From contig VJWM01000107.1 in NCBI GenBank assembly GCA_010909165.1, positions 744,001 through 808,000 of the forward strand: a stretch of DNA of 64,000 nt, written 5' to 3'. Below are positions 11,760 to 24,720 of this stretch, in pieces. The DNA is from Anthoceros angustus. Taxonomy: Eukaryota > Plantae > Anthocerotophyta. Position 1 is the first letter of the stretch; every line of letters begins with the position of its first letter. The notes beneath the pieces are model-generated. The model saw nothing but the letters and a program-made list of their open reading frames with translations, was not told the DNA's origin and ran no database searches. The position numbers and the translations under genes were made by a program.

Positions 11760-13060
11760 CCACGACCCAAGGACATGTGCCAAGAAGGCGGCGGGCGTGA
11801 AGCTGCAGTGCGATTCGCAAGACTACTGGCGATTCTTGGCGTGAAGGATACCTTCCTGCATCGACATGCCTGACGCCCAAAGCGGTCATCTTCTCGGGCG
11901 ACCTCTCGGCAGTTCTCTTAGTCGCTCGCACTTAGGCACCCCGCTCTTTGGCACTTTCTCTTCCGAGGTTCGAGCGCAATGCCCGGTGATCTTCGACTCT
12001 TCCCGGCACGCCAATTACTCCTAAGCTCAGGAGCGGGGCCCAAGACAATAGTAGAGGTCTTGGAGCCCTGGCACCTGGTGGAGGAGAATATAGTGACCAG
12101 GCGCTACCCTAACTTCGACCCTTGGCCAGAGGAAGCGGGTGAGCTCGTGCAGGAGTAGCACCTGGACATCTTCCAGGCGGTATGGACCTACCTGGTCCGG
12201 GATTACGCCCGGAAGATGCTGGCGGCGGCGAGCAAGGCCGTTTGTTTGAAGAGCTTGAGGGAGGACCCGAGGCGTTGGACAGCTTCGCACGGTATACAAC
12301 CAGCCAGCGGAGGAAGTTGGGGCCGAAGGGGGAGGCCGCTCGTTGCGCAGCTTCCGGGCCTCCTGGGCTATCCGGGCGAAGATGATTCGCCCCCAGTCCG
12401 CCCTCTTGCCTCTCAGGAGGGCGTGCAGGAACACCAGAAGGTTATCCCCCATGAAGTCCACCTTGGTGAGCCTGTTCCAGTGGACAATGATTTTTGCCAC
12501 TGCCCTCACCCGCCGGTCTAGCAGGTCCGACATCAACCACCCGTTGGAGGACCTCCCCCGTCAACAGCAAACCCTTGGCCTCAGCCCTTTACCTTCCTTC
12601 GGGCTTTGCTCCCCATGTCCCCTTTCATCTTGCATGTCTGGGGACACCATAACCTCCTGAAGGAGGGAGAGGAGGAATGAGCCTCCCGACGGGCCACAGC
12701 CACCCAGGAGGGAGGAGGAATGAGCCCTCCCGACGGGCTAGCCACCTGAGGAGGCGGGATGGAGGCGAGAACCCACCCGACGGGAGGAGGACCAAGACGG
12801 GCGCAGGAGGAGGAAGATTAGGAGGGCATCCCTGACGCAATCCGCTTGGAACGGACCCGCTCCCCTCCAAGGGAAATATGGGAAGAAATTCCCGCTTCCC
12901 TCCTGCTGGTGCCATCAACGGAGCAGCAGCCCCGCTACAACATGAATGCGCTTAGTGACTGCCCGGTGGCAGTGTCCGAACCCCAGAGCCCCGGTGGGAC
13001 TAGGACGGAGGCGGCGGAAAGCGTGTGCCTAGCTCCACCGCTCCGGTGACAGCACCGGTG
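11760..13060 (-). mobile_element. Divergent fragment of an Athila-type ORF2 (homologous to 36.3-39.2 kb and 46-49.1 kb)
   Basis: 12027-12536 SDLLDRRVRAVAKIIVHWNRLTKVDFMGDNLLVFLHALLRGKRADWGRIIFARIAQEARKLR aligns by eye with SDLRRSSKGGSRIIVHWNRS..HALSGKRGKDYLRRLIEARKLR at ~38.7-38.85 kb. Confidence 0.65.
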
Positions 13061-13339
13061 CCCCTGCCCATGACAACGGAGTGGGCGGAGGCGGCCTTGA
13101 GGAGAGCGGAGAGGGAGCTGCCCAAGGCGCCGGAGGCCACTGGCAGCAGCCTCATCTAGAGCCAGTTCTCTCCCCTACGAGGAGAGGGAAGCGAGCTAGC
13201 TCCCGGACCCGTTCACCCCCACTGGACCCCTTCACCCCCACTGGACCCCAAGCGTCGGAGAGCGGAGAAGGAGTTGACCGCAAAACGGGCCAAGGAGGTG
13301 GAAGGACCTGCTCCGGATGGACTGCTTCTTTCCAGACTA

Positions 13340-13910
13340 CTTCAGCAGTAGTCTGGAAAGTATTTCAAACTATGTTTGCAGCCAAAGATGCTATGTCCCT
13401 TGTAAATGCTGCCTGTATTTTTTATGCACTTCGTAAGAATGAGTAACTCTGTTGAGCACTACGTGCATCGTTTTTGCATACTCCATGCAAGGCTCTCATC
13501 TACAGGAGCAACATTAATCGAGTTAGAAGCTGCAACAGCTTTATTAACATCTCTACTAACAAGCTACAGAACTTTCGTCACTTCACAAGCTTCCATTATC
13601 CGGCACGCAGTTCAAGCCACAACTTCAAGGGATACATCATCCATTACCTTGTCTGAGATTGTTGGCGCTTTGTTAGAAGAGGAATTCATCCAGCAAGACT
13701 AGTGGTGGACGACTTGCAGCACATTAACAGCATGTGTTGTTTACTTCGCGTGGGAGACGATGTGGTAGAGGTGGTTGTAGGCAAATACTTGTGGAAGATG
13801 TCCATATATAGGACAATCAAGTACATCTAGACAGTGCAGGGTTAAAGGCCCCTGTATTTGGTATCGTACACCCAGCCATAATGAGAATGAATGCCGAAAG
13901 AAGCATGCAA
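13340..13910 (+). mobile_element. Ty1/Copia gag relic (UBN2-type plus degenerate zinc knuckle)
   Basis: SVEHYVHRF..LHARLSSTGA..ALLTSLLTSYRTFV..ITLSEIVGALLEEE, then GPCIWYRTPSHNENECRKK. Confidence 0.62.
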
Positions 13911-14682
13911 GCTAGCGTAGAAGCCCTATTAGAAAAGGGCAGCCATGTTACACATTATGTTAAGATTTGGACCCCACCCTCCCCGGCCCCTCTTGTTGAA
14001 TTATGTTGAAATCTTAGGCTCTTGTTACACTTTTTAGGCCCATTGTTACTGTCAGGTTTGGAAACCAACCCTCCGCCTCATTACAGTCATGTTACAGTCT
14101 TGTTGCAATTATGTTGGAATATAGTGAGAGGTGATATATGTCCCCTCTCAAAATTTTAACATATTTGCAACAACCAAAGTGTTACATATATCGTCTTTTG
14201 TTACAATTTGACACGCTTGGTACTAAACCTCCTCCCCATCTACCTTAACCCTTGTTGCTTTTACTCCCGTATTTTTCCCGTACCATTATTGTAATACGTG
14301 TACCAGGCTGTACTTGTATTTTACGTGTGTGCTTTCCCATGTGATTATTCCAACACGTATACGGGAGCTTTACGTATTTTGCTACTGTACTTTTGGTGCC
14401 TATTTTTGTACTCATATTCACAATATGCTCACCCGACTGTCTACATATTTTACGTATAGTTTTGTGCACCGTATTTTGTGAAGTGCCGTATACGTCACCC
14501 GTGCATTGTGCCTTTTTATTCGTCACCCATATAATGTTTCTATACTTTCAAACCCATACAGTCCAAAAGTACAACTTAATCGTATTTTAATGCACGCTAG
14601 ACATGCCGGTTCGTCCGAGCAACCACAACTGCATTCTACCGTGCTCCCTCTTGCCGCTGCGGGAGTGAAGTGGGGTTTGTGG

Positions 14683-16220
14683 TCCACATTTTTGGCTCCC
14701 TTGCCCGCGCATGGTACATGCCATGCCTACTCCACATTGTAGGCGACTGTTGGAAACTCTCGACCTTCCGCATGGCTTGTGATTTTGCCCTTCCCCTTCG
14801 TCTTTTGTTCTATGGCCATTTTCCTACTATCATGTACATATGTTTCTCCCCCTGTGGTATAGGAATAATGCAATCATAGATGAGCACATGCCATACACAT
14901 GGCCCTTGGCCTTTAAGTAGAGAGAATTTGCTACTAGGCAATTTGCACGCCACGCTCTCTAGTTTGTTTCACTCACCCCTACCACCGGTTTTGTGCTTGT
15001 CACGTCTTGTCCGCCAAAGATCTCACCGTATATTATTCCTCCCCCATCAGTTGTTCAGGCATTCCTCTTGCTTTCCTATTGCGGCCTCCTCCCTTCTCCA
15101 CAACTTGCGTCACCTGTACCGGAGCCCCACTGTGCAGGTCCATGCTCTCGGCCTCATACTCTACTAGGTATGTGTCGGGTACAAAGTTCGGCACGGGCTG
15201 GTTGTCATCTACGTCCTCTTCCTCCACCTCCATGTTCTCGTCCTCCTCGTCACCATGTGGTGACGCTGTCAGCCTACCAATTGCTTGCTTCTCAACCCGT
15301 AGATGATGTCTCATTTCCTCGCCTCATACTCTACTAGGTATGTGTGTCTACAAAGTTGCACGGGCTGGTTGTCATCTACGTCCTCTTCCTCCACCTCCAT
15401 GTTCTCGTCCTCCTCGTCACCATGTGGCACTGCTCCCACCAACTGCTTGCTTCTCAACCTGCGGATGATAATTCCCTGCCTGCCTCGTTAGCCTTTGCCC
15501 CATTGAGGACAATTTGTTTTCTAGCATTAGGTCCACATTTTTGGCTCCCTTGCCCGCCAAGATGGTACATGCCATGCCTACTCCACATTGTAGGCTGTTG
15601 TTGGAAACTCGACCTTGTGATTTTGCCTTCCCCGCCTTTGTTCTATGGCCATTTTCCTACTATCATGTACATATGTTTCTCCCCCTGTGGTATAGGAATA
15701 ATGCAATCATAGATGAGCACATGCCATACACATGGCCCTTGGCCTTTAAGTAGAGAGAATTTGCTACTAGGGCAATTGCAATTTGCACGCTTACCTTCGC
15801 TGCCTTCTCTCTAGTTTGTTTCCGCCCACTCCCTACCACCGGTTTTGTGCTTGTCACCGTCTTGTCCGCCAGCATAGCTCTCGACTGTGTTATTATTCCT
15901 CCCCCATCAGTTGTTCAGGCATTCCTCTTGCTTTCCTATTGCGGCCTCCTCCCTTCTCCACAACACGTCCTGTCTGGAGCCCCTTGTGTCCATGCTCTCG
16001 GCCTCATACTCTACTAGGTATGTGTGTTTTCAAAGTTGCACGGGCTGGTTGTCATCTACGTCCTCTTCCTCCACCTCCATGTTCTCGTCCTCCTCGTCAC
16101 CATGTGGTGACGCTGTCAGCCTACCAATTGCTTGCTTCTCAAATCCGTGACCTGGATGTCTCATTTCATTCCTCGCCTCATAGCCTTTGCCCCATTGAGG
16201 ACAACGTTTGTTTTCTAGCA
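14683..16220. repeat. ~850-bp tandem duplication with an internal ~160-180-bp re-duplication; TE-like acidic ORF remnant on the minus strand
   Basis: CCACATTTTTGGCTCCCTTGCCCGC at ~14683 and ~15533. The segment encoding HGDEEDENMEVEEEDVDDNQPV (minus strand) occurs three times, at ~15.2, 15.4 and 16.1 kb. Confidence 0.8.
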
Positions 16221-17176
16221 TTAGGTACACATGTGGTGACCCCACGCTCCCCCCTGACCAACCTTCCTTCTTTCTCCTGCCCATTCTGTTGCCTTGGTGT
16301 TTGCTGGATACTACTATTCCCTCCATATGTACCTGGCCCCATGCAACGAAGAGATGACGCACACCTCTCACTTGATGGTGACGTCGCACTCCCCAACATG
16401 TTCTTTGTTGCCCCCGTTTTTGCCCAGCCATACACATCCACATGTCCCTCCCTCCACGAACATGACCAGCGTCATTTAAAGAAGCATATCAAGCCCTTTA
16501 CAATTTGCAGCTTGTGCCCAAGTTCTTGCTGTGGCATCTGCAGAGTTTTTTCAAGGACATCATGTGAGGGAGAGCGCCCCCAGCCCTCAACGACAGCATG
16601 TGAGGAGGAATGGAGCATCACAGGCCGCAGTGCGCACGCATTTTGTGGTGCAAATGTGCGGCTGCAAACATCGCAAATGCGCCATTTCTTTTGTGACGGT
16701 ACCTTCCGGCATTGCTAGGACAATTTGCACTTGGACATCCATTAAGCAAACATCTGGACTTCCTGTAGTATTCTCCTCACAACGGCATCAAATTAATCAT
16801 GGAGGGGAGGTACATTACCTTTCTCATCTTCTGTGGAAATGTGGTCCCAACTTTTTCCTTCCTCCCCTCCACTCTCCTCATATGAAGAAGACAAGATAAT
16901 CAAGCTTGTGGCCAATGATGATTTGGTTGTGGATGCCGTGGAGCGAGGTTGGTCTTGGATGTACGAGAGGACGAGGTTGTTTGTGCTTGCAAGGTCTTTG
17001 GATGTCGGTTTTTGGACAGGTTTCAGAATCGGGGCGTCCCTCGTATGCAAGTGAAGCTCTTGGCTCGTCATTTGGGTGCCTGCCAGGCTAATGCCTACTG
17101 GGCGAATGCAACATTTCTAGGCACCTTAAGCAATGACACTCTTCATTATACCCCTTTAATATCTCTAGGCACATTT

Positions 17177-18310
17177 CACTACAAGGAGGGGCTACCTTTT
17201 ACAAATGGGTCTAAGTTTAGTTAGAGGAAACTACAACACTCTTACTACAGCTCAAAGCCCTGTTGTAAGTTTTTGAACATTTACAACAAGGGTTCCTAAC
17301 TAATATGATGTGGCATGGATTTTACAACGGGGTTTGTTGACATGGCATGTTGACAATTTTACAACGGGATTTGTTGACATGGCATGTTGACACAAATTTT
17401 ACAACGGGGTTTGTTGACATGGCTTGCTCGTTGTACATGACGTTGTTAATTGTGCATAAACTCTTTTGATTTAGAAAACTATGGGGGTTATTTGTTAATA
17501 AAACTACATTTTGTTGAATTTATAATGACGTGGCATAAAGGATGTTGTAAACGGTACTTGTAAAAGACGTTGTAAACCATGTTTGTTGTAGATGTGGTTG
17601 TAAATTGTGCAAGACTTGATTTTTGGAATAATACCATTTATTGGAATATCTATGAATAGATTTATTATTTGCTGATGTGGCAAGTTCGTTGCAAATGATG
17701 TTGTAAATATGTTTCTCTGGATTTATGTTAGTTATGGGATTATCTTTTTTTTGTATTCTTGACGTGTCACATGCATTGTAGCTATGGTTGTAAAATGCAT
17801 GAAAACCATTTTATATAAATATCTATAAATAAATTTATTATTTGCTGACATGGCAAGCTCATTGCAAATATCATTGTAAAATGGTTTCTCCAATTTATGT
17901 TATATTATTGGATTATTCATTTTATTGTATATTTACCGACGTGCACATGCGTCGTAACTATGGTTGTAAAATGCACAAGCCAGCCAATATCCATGAATAA
18001 ATATATTATTTGCGATGTGGCATGTTGTAAAATGCTGTAAAATTTTGGAAGAGACCTTTTCCTTATTTATGTAATTTATGAGGTTATATATTAGTAAGAT
18101 TCGATGTGGCATGCCTTTTCCTTATTTATGTAATTTATGAGATTATATATTAGTAAGATTGCGATGTGGCATGCTTGTCGAAATGCCGTTGTAAATATGT
18201 GGAAGAGACCTTTTCCTGATTTATGTCATTTATGAGGCTATATATTAGTGAAATTGCGATGTGCATGTTCATTGCAAATACATTGTAAAATGTTATACAA
18301 ATTTATCGAT
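17177..18310 (+). mobile_element. Left end of a CACTA (En/Spm) element: CACTACAAG terminus plus subterminal repeats
   Basis: CACTACAAGG starts at 17177, followed by ~1.1 kb dense in TTTACAAC/GTTGTAAA and GATGTGGCA motifs in both orientations. The same motifs precede the CACTA right end at 56731. Confidence 0.6.
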
Positions 18311-18329
18311 TTATAAATAGTGCCAGCAT

Positions 18330-20720
18330 TGTAAATGTCGGTGTAAGAATTTTCCTAGCCAAGTCAAAAAACGAGGCATGCATCTTGGCATACAGTCCAC
18401 CAGAGCGCCCACAAGCACGTTATCCAAATGTCCTCTTTGCACTCGTGAGTGCGCCACCTTCCTCAGAAGGCACCAATGCTTGCACATGCCTTCAAAAGGC
18501 AAGCAAAAGTAACCTCATCACCACAAGCAGCCCTCCTGCATTCGTCCATACAAAAATAGCGCCTCTTGACCAAGCCCTTGTCCATACCCAAAGAATCGGG
18601 CATTCCAAGTCACCACATCCTTTGGGCTCAAGCATTCAAAAACTTGATGCGCATCTTCTACTTCGCCACACTTTGCCTACATGTCCACCGGGCAAGTGCC
18701 CACAAGTGTGTTATCTAGTCCTCTCTCCACAATCATGAGTGCACGCCGCCTTCAAGGCACTTGCGTTTGCACAGCCTTGGAAGGCAAGCAAAGGTAACAT
18801 GGTTGCCCACAATCGTGCCCTCCTTCTCCATTTGTCCATACAAGCGCCTCTTGGCCAAGCCCATGATTTGCATACCCAACTATCGTGGCCGTCCATGTCA
18901 CGACATCCTTTCTCGCCTAACCTATCGAAACCGTGTGTGTCTCTTCCGATTCACCAGTTTGCGTACATGTCCACCAGACGATTGGCAATAAACAAGTTCG
19001 GTGGAATGTCACATGCAACATATCATGCCGCACTTTTCGCTAGATTCCGTGTCCACAAAGAAATGCACAAGCTTGAAGGGCTACAAAGATGTGGGCATCC
19101 GCCTTCACACCGAGCGCCCACAATCGTTATCCAAATGTCCTCTTTGCACAAGGTGAGTGCGCCCTTATACAGCACCAATGCTTGCACATGCCTTCAAAAG
19201 GCAAGCAAAAGTAACCTCATCACCGCCCCTCCTGCATTCGTCCATACAAAAATAGCGCCTCTTGACCAAGCCCTTTCATCCATACCCAATCGCATTCCAA
19301 GTCACCACATCCTTTGGGCTCAAGCATTCAAAAACTTGATGCGCATCTTCTGCCACACTTTGCCTACATGTCCACCGGGCAAGTGCCCACAAGTGTGTTA
19401 TCTAGTCCTCTCTCCACAATCATGAGTGCAGTGCCTTTCTGTAAGGCACTTGCGTTTGCACAGCCTTGGAAGGCAAGCAAAGGTAACATGGTTGCCCACA
19501 ATCGTGCCCTCCTTCTCCATTTGTCCATACAAGCGCCTCTTGGCCAAGCCCATGATTTGCATACCCAACTATCGTGGCCGTCCATGTCACGACATCCTTT
19601 CTCGCCTAACCTATCGAAACCGTGTGTGTCTCTTCCGATTCACCAGTTTGCGTACATGTCCACCGAGTTTGGCAAAACAAGTTCGGTGGAATGTCACATG
19701 CAACATATCATGCCGCACTTTTCGCTAGATTCCGTGTCCACAAAGAAATGCACAAGCTTGAAGGGCTACAAAGATGTGGGCATCCGCCTTCACACCGAGC
19801 GCCCACAATCGTTATCCAAATGTCCTCTTTGCACAAGGTGAGTGCGCCCTTATACAGCACCAATGCTTGCACATGCCTTCAAAAGGCAAGCAAAAGTAAC
19901 CTCATCACCACAAGCAGCCCTCCTGCATTCGTCCATACAAAAATAGCGCCTCTTGACCAAGCCCTTTCATCCATACCCAATCGCATTCCAAGTCACCACA
20001 TCCTTTGGGCTCAAGCATTCAAAAACTTGATGCGCATCTTCTGCCACACTTTGCCTACATGTCCACCGGGCAAGTGCCCACAAGTGTGTTATCTAGTCCT
20101 CTCTCCACAATCATGAGTGCAGTGCCTTTCTGTAAGGCACTTGCGTTTGCACAGCCTTGGAAGGCAAGCAAAGGTAACATGGTTGCCCACAATCGCCCTC
20201 CTTCTCCATTTGTCCATACAAAAATAGCGCCTCTTGGCCAAGCCCATGATTTGCATACCCAACTATCGGGGCCGTCCATGTCACGACATCCTTTACGCCT
20301 AACCTATCGAAACCGTGTGTGTCTCTTCCGATTCACCAGTTTGCGTACATGTCCACCAGACGATTGGCAATAAACAAGTTCGGTGGAATGTCACATGCAA
20401 CATATCGTCTTGCACTTTTCTAGATTCCGTGTCCACAAAGGCAAATGCACAAGCTTGAAGGGCTACAAAGATGTGGGCATCCGCCTTCACACGGGCGACA
20501 CATCGATAGTAAAGTTGTATCGCCTCATTAGGCTCCCCATGTGTAGCATGTGCGGAGATTATTGAAAACCACATGAAGGGATTTGGTTTGCCCACCCTCC
20601 GTAGCCTACCTCCGATATACATACATCCGCAAGATATGGTTCCCCAAGTATGTGATTGACTGCACCCAAGTTTGAGTGAGATCATGAACGCGTCATCCCA
20701 CAACCATGTCCTTCTTATCT
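18330..20720 (-). pseudogene. PLS-class pentatricopeptide repeat (PPR) gene fragment with a ~690-710-bp block triplicated; no E/DYW domain seen
   Basis: PNPFMWFSIISAHATHGEPNEAIQLY..VKADAHIFVA, plus repeated frameshifted motifs LVDMYAK, KDVVTW..I.GYA.HGLGQEAL and VTFACLLKACA. Unit starts at ~18397, 19104 and 19790. Confidence 0.85.
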
Positions 20721-21179
20721 CGCACAAAGTTTTAGCACGACATATAAGATGGTGAGGAATAGAATAGTCTATCTCGCTAGATTTTACGAGCTCCAACGGC
20801 CTCGAAGCTTTCCCTACTCACATAACGTCGATGGTTACGGTGTCACGACTCCCATATCCAATCCGCACACCTCCTGTGCTCAGCTTTGGAGAGCTCGACT
20901 TGGAAGGAGAAGCACAATGACCCACTGCATATTCAAAGAAACAAGCTTCTCATCCAACAAGTCGGCTTGAACATGTTGTTTAACCCGAGGACCTCACCGG
21001 ACTCCTTGCACGAATGTTAGGCGAGCAAGAGCTCCTCTTACCTCGCCTAGTTTCCCACGCACAAGAGGGGAGTCCTAGGAAGTGGTGATGGGAGGACGGT
21101 TACTTGGTGTGGTCACACCGAGAAGCGGTGGCCGCTCAAGTCCGCTACCCGAGTCCGTAGTCCTATCTATTCAAATAGG

Positions 21180-21440
21180 TAGGACTCAAGTCCTTGGTCT
21201 TTGGGGTTTAAGAAAGACTCAAGTCCTTGGTCTTGGGTTTGAATGATGTTCCTTGGTCCTTGGGAAAGTAGCAAGTAGATAGAAGCCTATTTCGAGTCCT
21301 TGGTCTTGGAAGGATGTTCCTTGGTCCTTGGGAAAATGGTATGTAGATAGAAACCTAGTCCTTGGTCTTGGGTTTCGGAAGGATGTTCCTTGGTCCTTGG
21401 GAAAAGTAGCATGTAGATAGAAACCTATTTCGAGGGCCGA
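21180..21440. repeat. Three to four degenerate ~65-75-bp tandem units (LTR-like region)
   Basis: GATGTTCCTTGGTCCTTGGGAAA..GTAGATAGAA and AGTCCTTGGTCTT recur. Confidence 0.75.
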
Positions 21441-21929
21441 GGAAGGCAACTTCCTTGAACCATGGGAATTCCGTTTTCTAGATATTGCATGTAGGGCTAT
21501 ATATGCATGTAGATGCAGGGGTAAAATTGGCCGACTCATCAAGGGCTCGCCAGACATGTATACAATCTCGCTACTCCATGGCCGGAGTAGTGAGTTCAAC
21601 CTAGGCCGGAGTATACCGGTTGAAAAATTTTATAGCAACTGCGAATCTAGGTAGGAATCCTAGTGTACTTCCTTTTGGATTGCACCGCAATTCCAATGGA
21701 GATACACTAGGACAAGCTACTGATTGTGTTACATATAAAGATTTGTAATACAATGATATGCGAGTTCTTGCATATTAGACAAAGTCGCCTAATGAAATGG
21801 CCAATCCAGCGCCAGGTGGCGCCTCGCACGAGCTAATTTCTAATAGACGCAATAGGTATAGAGTTTCGATAGGCCTTCACTTGCGATAATCTACATAGTA
21901 TGCCGAATTGTGAAAACCAATCTGAGGGA

Positions 21930-22360
21930 TTTCACGAAGCATGGTTAGTCGTAACATCCGAAATGTAGAGGCATGTTGAAATGTTGAAATGTCACCGCAG
22001 ATCCGGAAGAGGTTGAAGGACTGTATGTGAAATGTCATTAGTGTAATGGCGCATTGAGGTGATTCCACCGAAAAACACATAGGAGTATTTAGATCCTTAG
22101 CTGCTAAGGTTGAAGGATCCTCTGGTGACCTTCTGAGTGAAGAGGAGCTCACACTTTGACTCCTCATCTCACTTCCAGAATCTTGATCTCACTTCCTGAG
22201 CTCAAACACAGCATCCCAAACGCAAGCCAGAAGGTTAGCTGAAGCAACTGGAGTATGTGCCTACACAAGAAAACCCTGCAGATATATTAACGAAAGCTCT
22301 TTCAAAAGAGCTGCACGAGAAGCATGTTCGAGGTCTGGGGTTAGGAGAGTCTGGAACTTT
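21930..22360 (+). mobile_element. Internally deleted Ty1/Copia relic: gag fragment joined to the RNase H C-terminus
   Basis: KHIGVFRSLAAKVEG..LSEEELTL*LLISLPES is followed within ~100 bp by LEYVPTQENPADILTKALSKELHEKHVRGLGL. Confidence 0.62.
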
Positions 22361-23409
22361 CCTATCTAACCCCAACTAGCCTACATGCCCTGCTACCTAA
22401 TCCCACCGATTCTGGGCCCTGGGAGGACTCTTCCTTTGGATTCTCGAGTCGGAGGGACACTGGAGGCCTCAGCATCGGAGTCCTCACGCACATGTCATCT
22501 TCGGGAGGAAAAGATCCTCCTCAATCCTCAAGAGATCCTGCGGTCAAGACACAAAGCAATTAGATAGCTTTAGAGCGAGTGGGAGTAGGAGGAGATGAAG
22601 CAAAACCGTGTCACTTCATGGCGGCTTACAACATGACCGAGGCAGTGTAACTACGCACTCGATCCGTTTCATGACTGCACGATGCTTGCATCGATACGAG
22701 ATAGGAGAGCTGCATACTGCCTAGGCTCACAATCTTCACATCCTTATCGGGGTTACCTCGAGGGAAATTCGAGGCCGTGAGGGCCTCACCTCCCTCCGTC
22801 AGACATAGCCTCGCCCACAGGCTGAGGCCCCGAGCTCCCTTGCGCAGGGCGAGGGGCACGTGGGAGAAATTGTGGAAGCTAAGCGCGCAATGGAGGACCT
22901 CCCATGTCCTCCCGATTATGGCCTCGCCTAGTCCTCAAGACTGCCACAGCGTGAGGGCGCCGTTTCTTGGTCGGCTCGAGCTTCCCGGCAGTGTCGGGGT
23001 CCCTGCAGCAGCAGAGGAGGTTGTCCTAGCCGCCTTGCTTGCCGCAGCGGCCTAGGGAGTCTCTTCGGTGGCGGGGTTCGCATCCTTAGAGGAGGACGAC
23101 ATCTCGATCGTTACGCTCCACAACCCCTTCTCCAATTGCACAGGCGTGAAGATGAAGAAGAGGAATATAACGCACTGGTGATGGTTTCTCACCGCACGCT
23201 CGAATATATACCGCGGAGCTGGGCGAACATTAACGCAATGCATCGCATTTTCACCCGACTCCATCCTACAAGGACCGAGATGATCCGGTTGTTGGAGCAT
23301 CACTTTCCAAAATGATCAACAAGTGGGAGTGAAGAGTTATACCCAAACACACCTCTCGTCGATCACCTCCTCCCGCCTTCTCCGACGGCCACCTCCTCTA
23401 AGACAAAGC

Positions 23410-23720
23410 ATTCAATTGGGCTTTGCAATGGACCGTGTTTTACAACACTTCTAAAGCCCAATTGTAAAATGTTTGAGACGGCCGTGATCGGCCTCTCTCA
23501 TGTTTTACAACATACATAACAACCTAATCTAATTTACAACACGATCCATTGCAAATCACTGTACATTGTAAAGCGTTTAAGAGAGGCCAAGATAGGCCTC
23601 CCACAACTTTACAACATAGTCTAATTTACAACACACCCCGTAAAGCGCACTTGTATGTTGTAAAATGTATGACAAGGCCGAGATCAGCCTCGACGCTTTA
23701 CACCAAATTCACAACGTAGT
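23410..23720. repeat. Cluster of TTTACAAC/TTGTAAA motifs, possibly the 3' subterminal region of the minus-strand CACTA at 27-32 kb
   Basis: Several TTTACAAC and TGTAAA motifs. CAATTGGGCTTTGCAA at ~23413 weakly resembles the putative terminus at 32670. No clean CACTA word. Confidence 0.4.
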
Positions 23721-23954
23721 CTCATGTACAAAGTCCATTGCAAAGCGATCTTGCACGCTGTATACGCCTCACGGGCTTCCGATTGCTGCTTGGGTATTCT
23801 ACCGATCTCGCCCATCGGCCAAGTCCACCACGAAGGCTACCACATCTGCCAGCAACATCGAACATAGTCATGATCCACTGGGGCTGCGACTATGTTAGTT
23901 TTTGCTTTGAGGCAAAAGAGTAACATGGTCACCATCACATATAGATTACATGCC

Positions 23955-24720
23955 TGTGCAGTCGCCACATGATGCATGCACTCGATCCGTGATGCAGTGA
24001 AAACATTTGGAAGCATATGTGCCAGAATGAAGCTCTCCTAAAAAACATAGCATGAGTGCAAGGAAACGGGAGGCAGGTGGCACGATCAGAGACCTTGCTA
24101 ATTGTCCATCGAGTTGAACAAAGTGCTCACCTCATGTCTCCCATGTTTCAGCCTCTTGTCAGGAGTTGAACTCGCTTGTTGTGAATGATGGGTCATGGTG
24201 GGTCATGGTGCCTCACCTTCCAAGTGGAGCAAAACCGAAAAGCGAGGTCGGGCATTTCATTGCCGTCACGCAAATTGTACAATGTATCGACCGTGCATAT
24301 GTATTTTGTTTTCTCATTGACAATCAACCATGTGCCCTGTGTCGCCACATGATGCATGCACTCGATCCAGGATGCATGCGTGAAAACATTTGGAAGCATA
24401 TGTGCCAGAATGAAGCTCCTAAAAAACATAGCATGAGTGCAAGGAAACGGCGGAGGAAGCGAGGTGGCACGATCGACCGACCTTGCTAATTGTCCATCCG
24501 AGTTGCGAACAAAGTGCTCACCTCATGTCTCCCATGTTTCAGCCTCTTGTCAGGAGTTGAACTCGCTTGTTGTGAATGATGGGTCATGGTGGGTCATGGT
24601 GCCTCACCTTCCAAGTGGAGCAAACCGAAAAGCGAGGTCGGGCATTTCATTGCCGTCACGCAAATTGTACAATGTGTCGCCATTTCGACCGCATATGTAT
24701 TTTGTTTTCGTTGGACCAAT
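23955..24720. repeat. ~385-bp tandem duplication (about two copies)
   Basis: GTCGCCACATGATGCATGCACTCGATCC at ~23961 and ~24341. GAACAAAGTGCTCACCTCATGTCTCCC at ~24116 and ~24507. Confidence 0.85.

Noticed and set aside
11492-11931. ORFs with YIYIYI runs (also 55373-55918)
   Set aside because: Translations of (TA)n microsatellites.
17174-17176. Target-site duplication linking the CACTA ends at 17177 and 56731
   Set aside because: The flanks are TTT and AGC, so a single intact element is not demonstrated.
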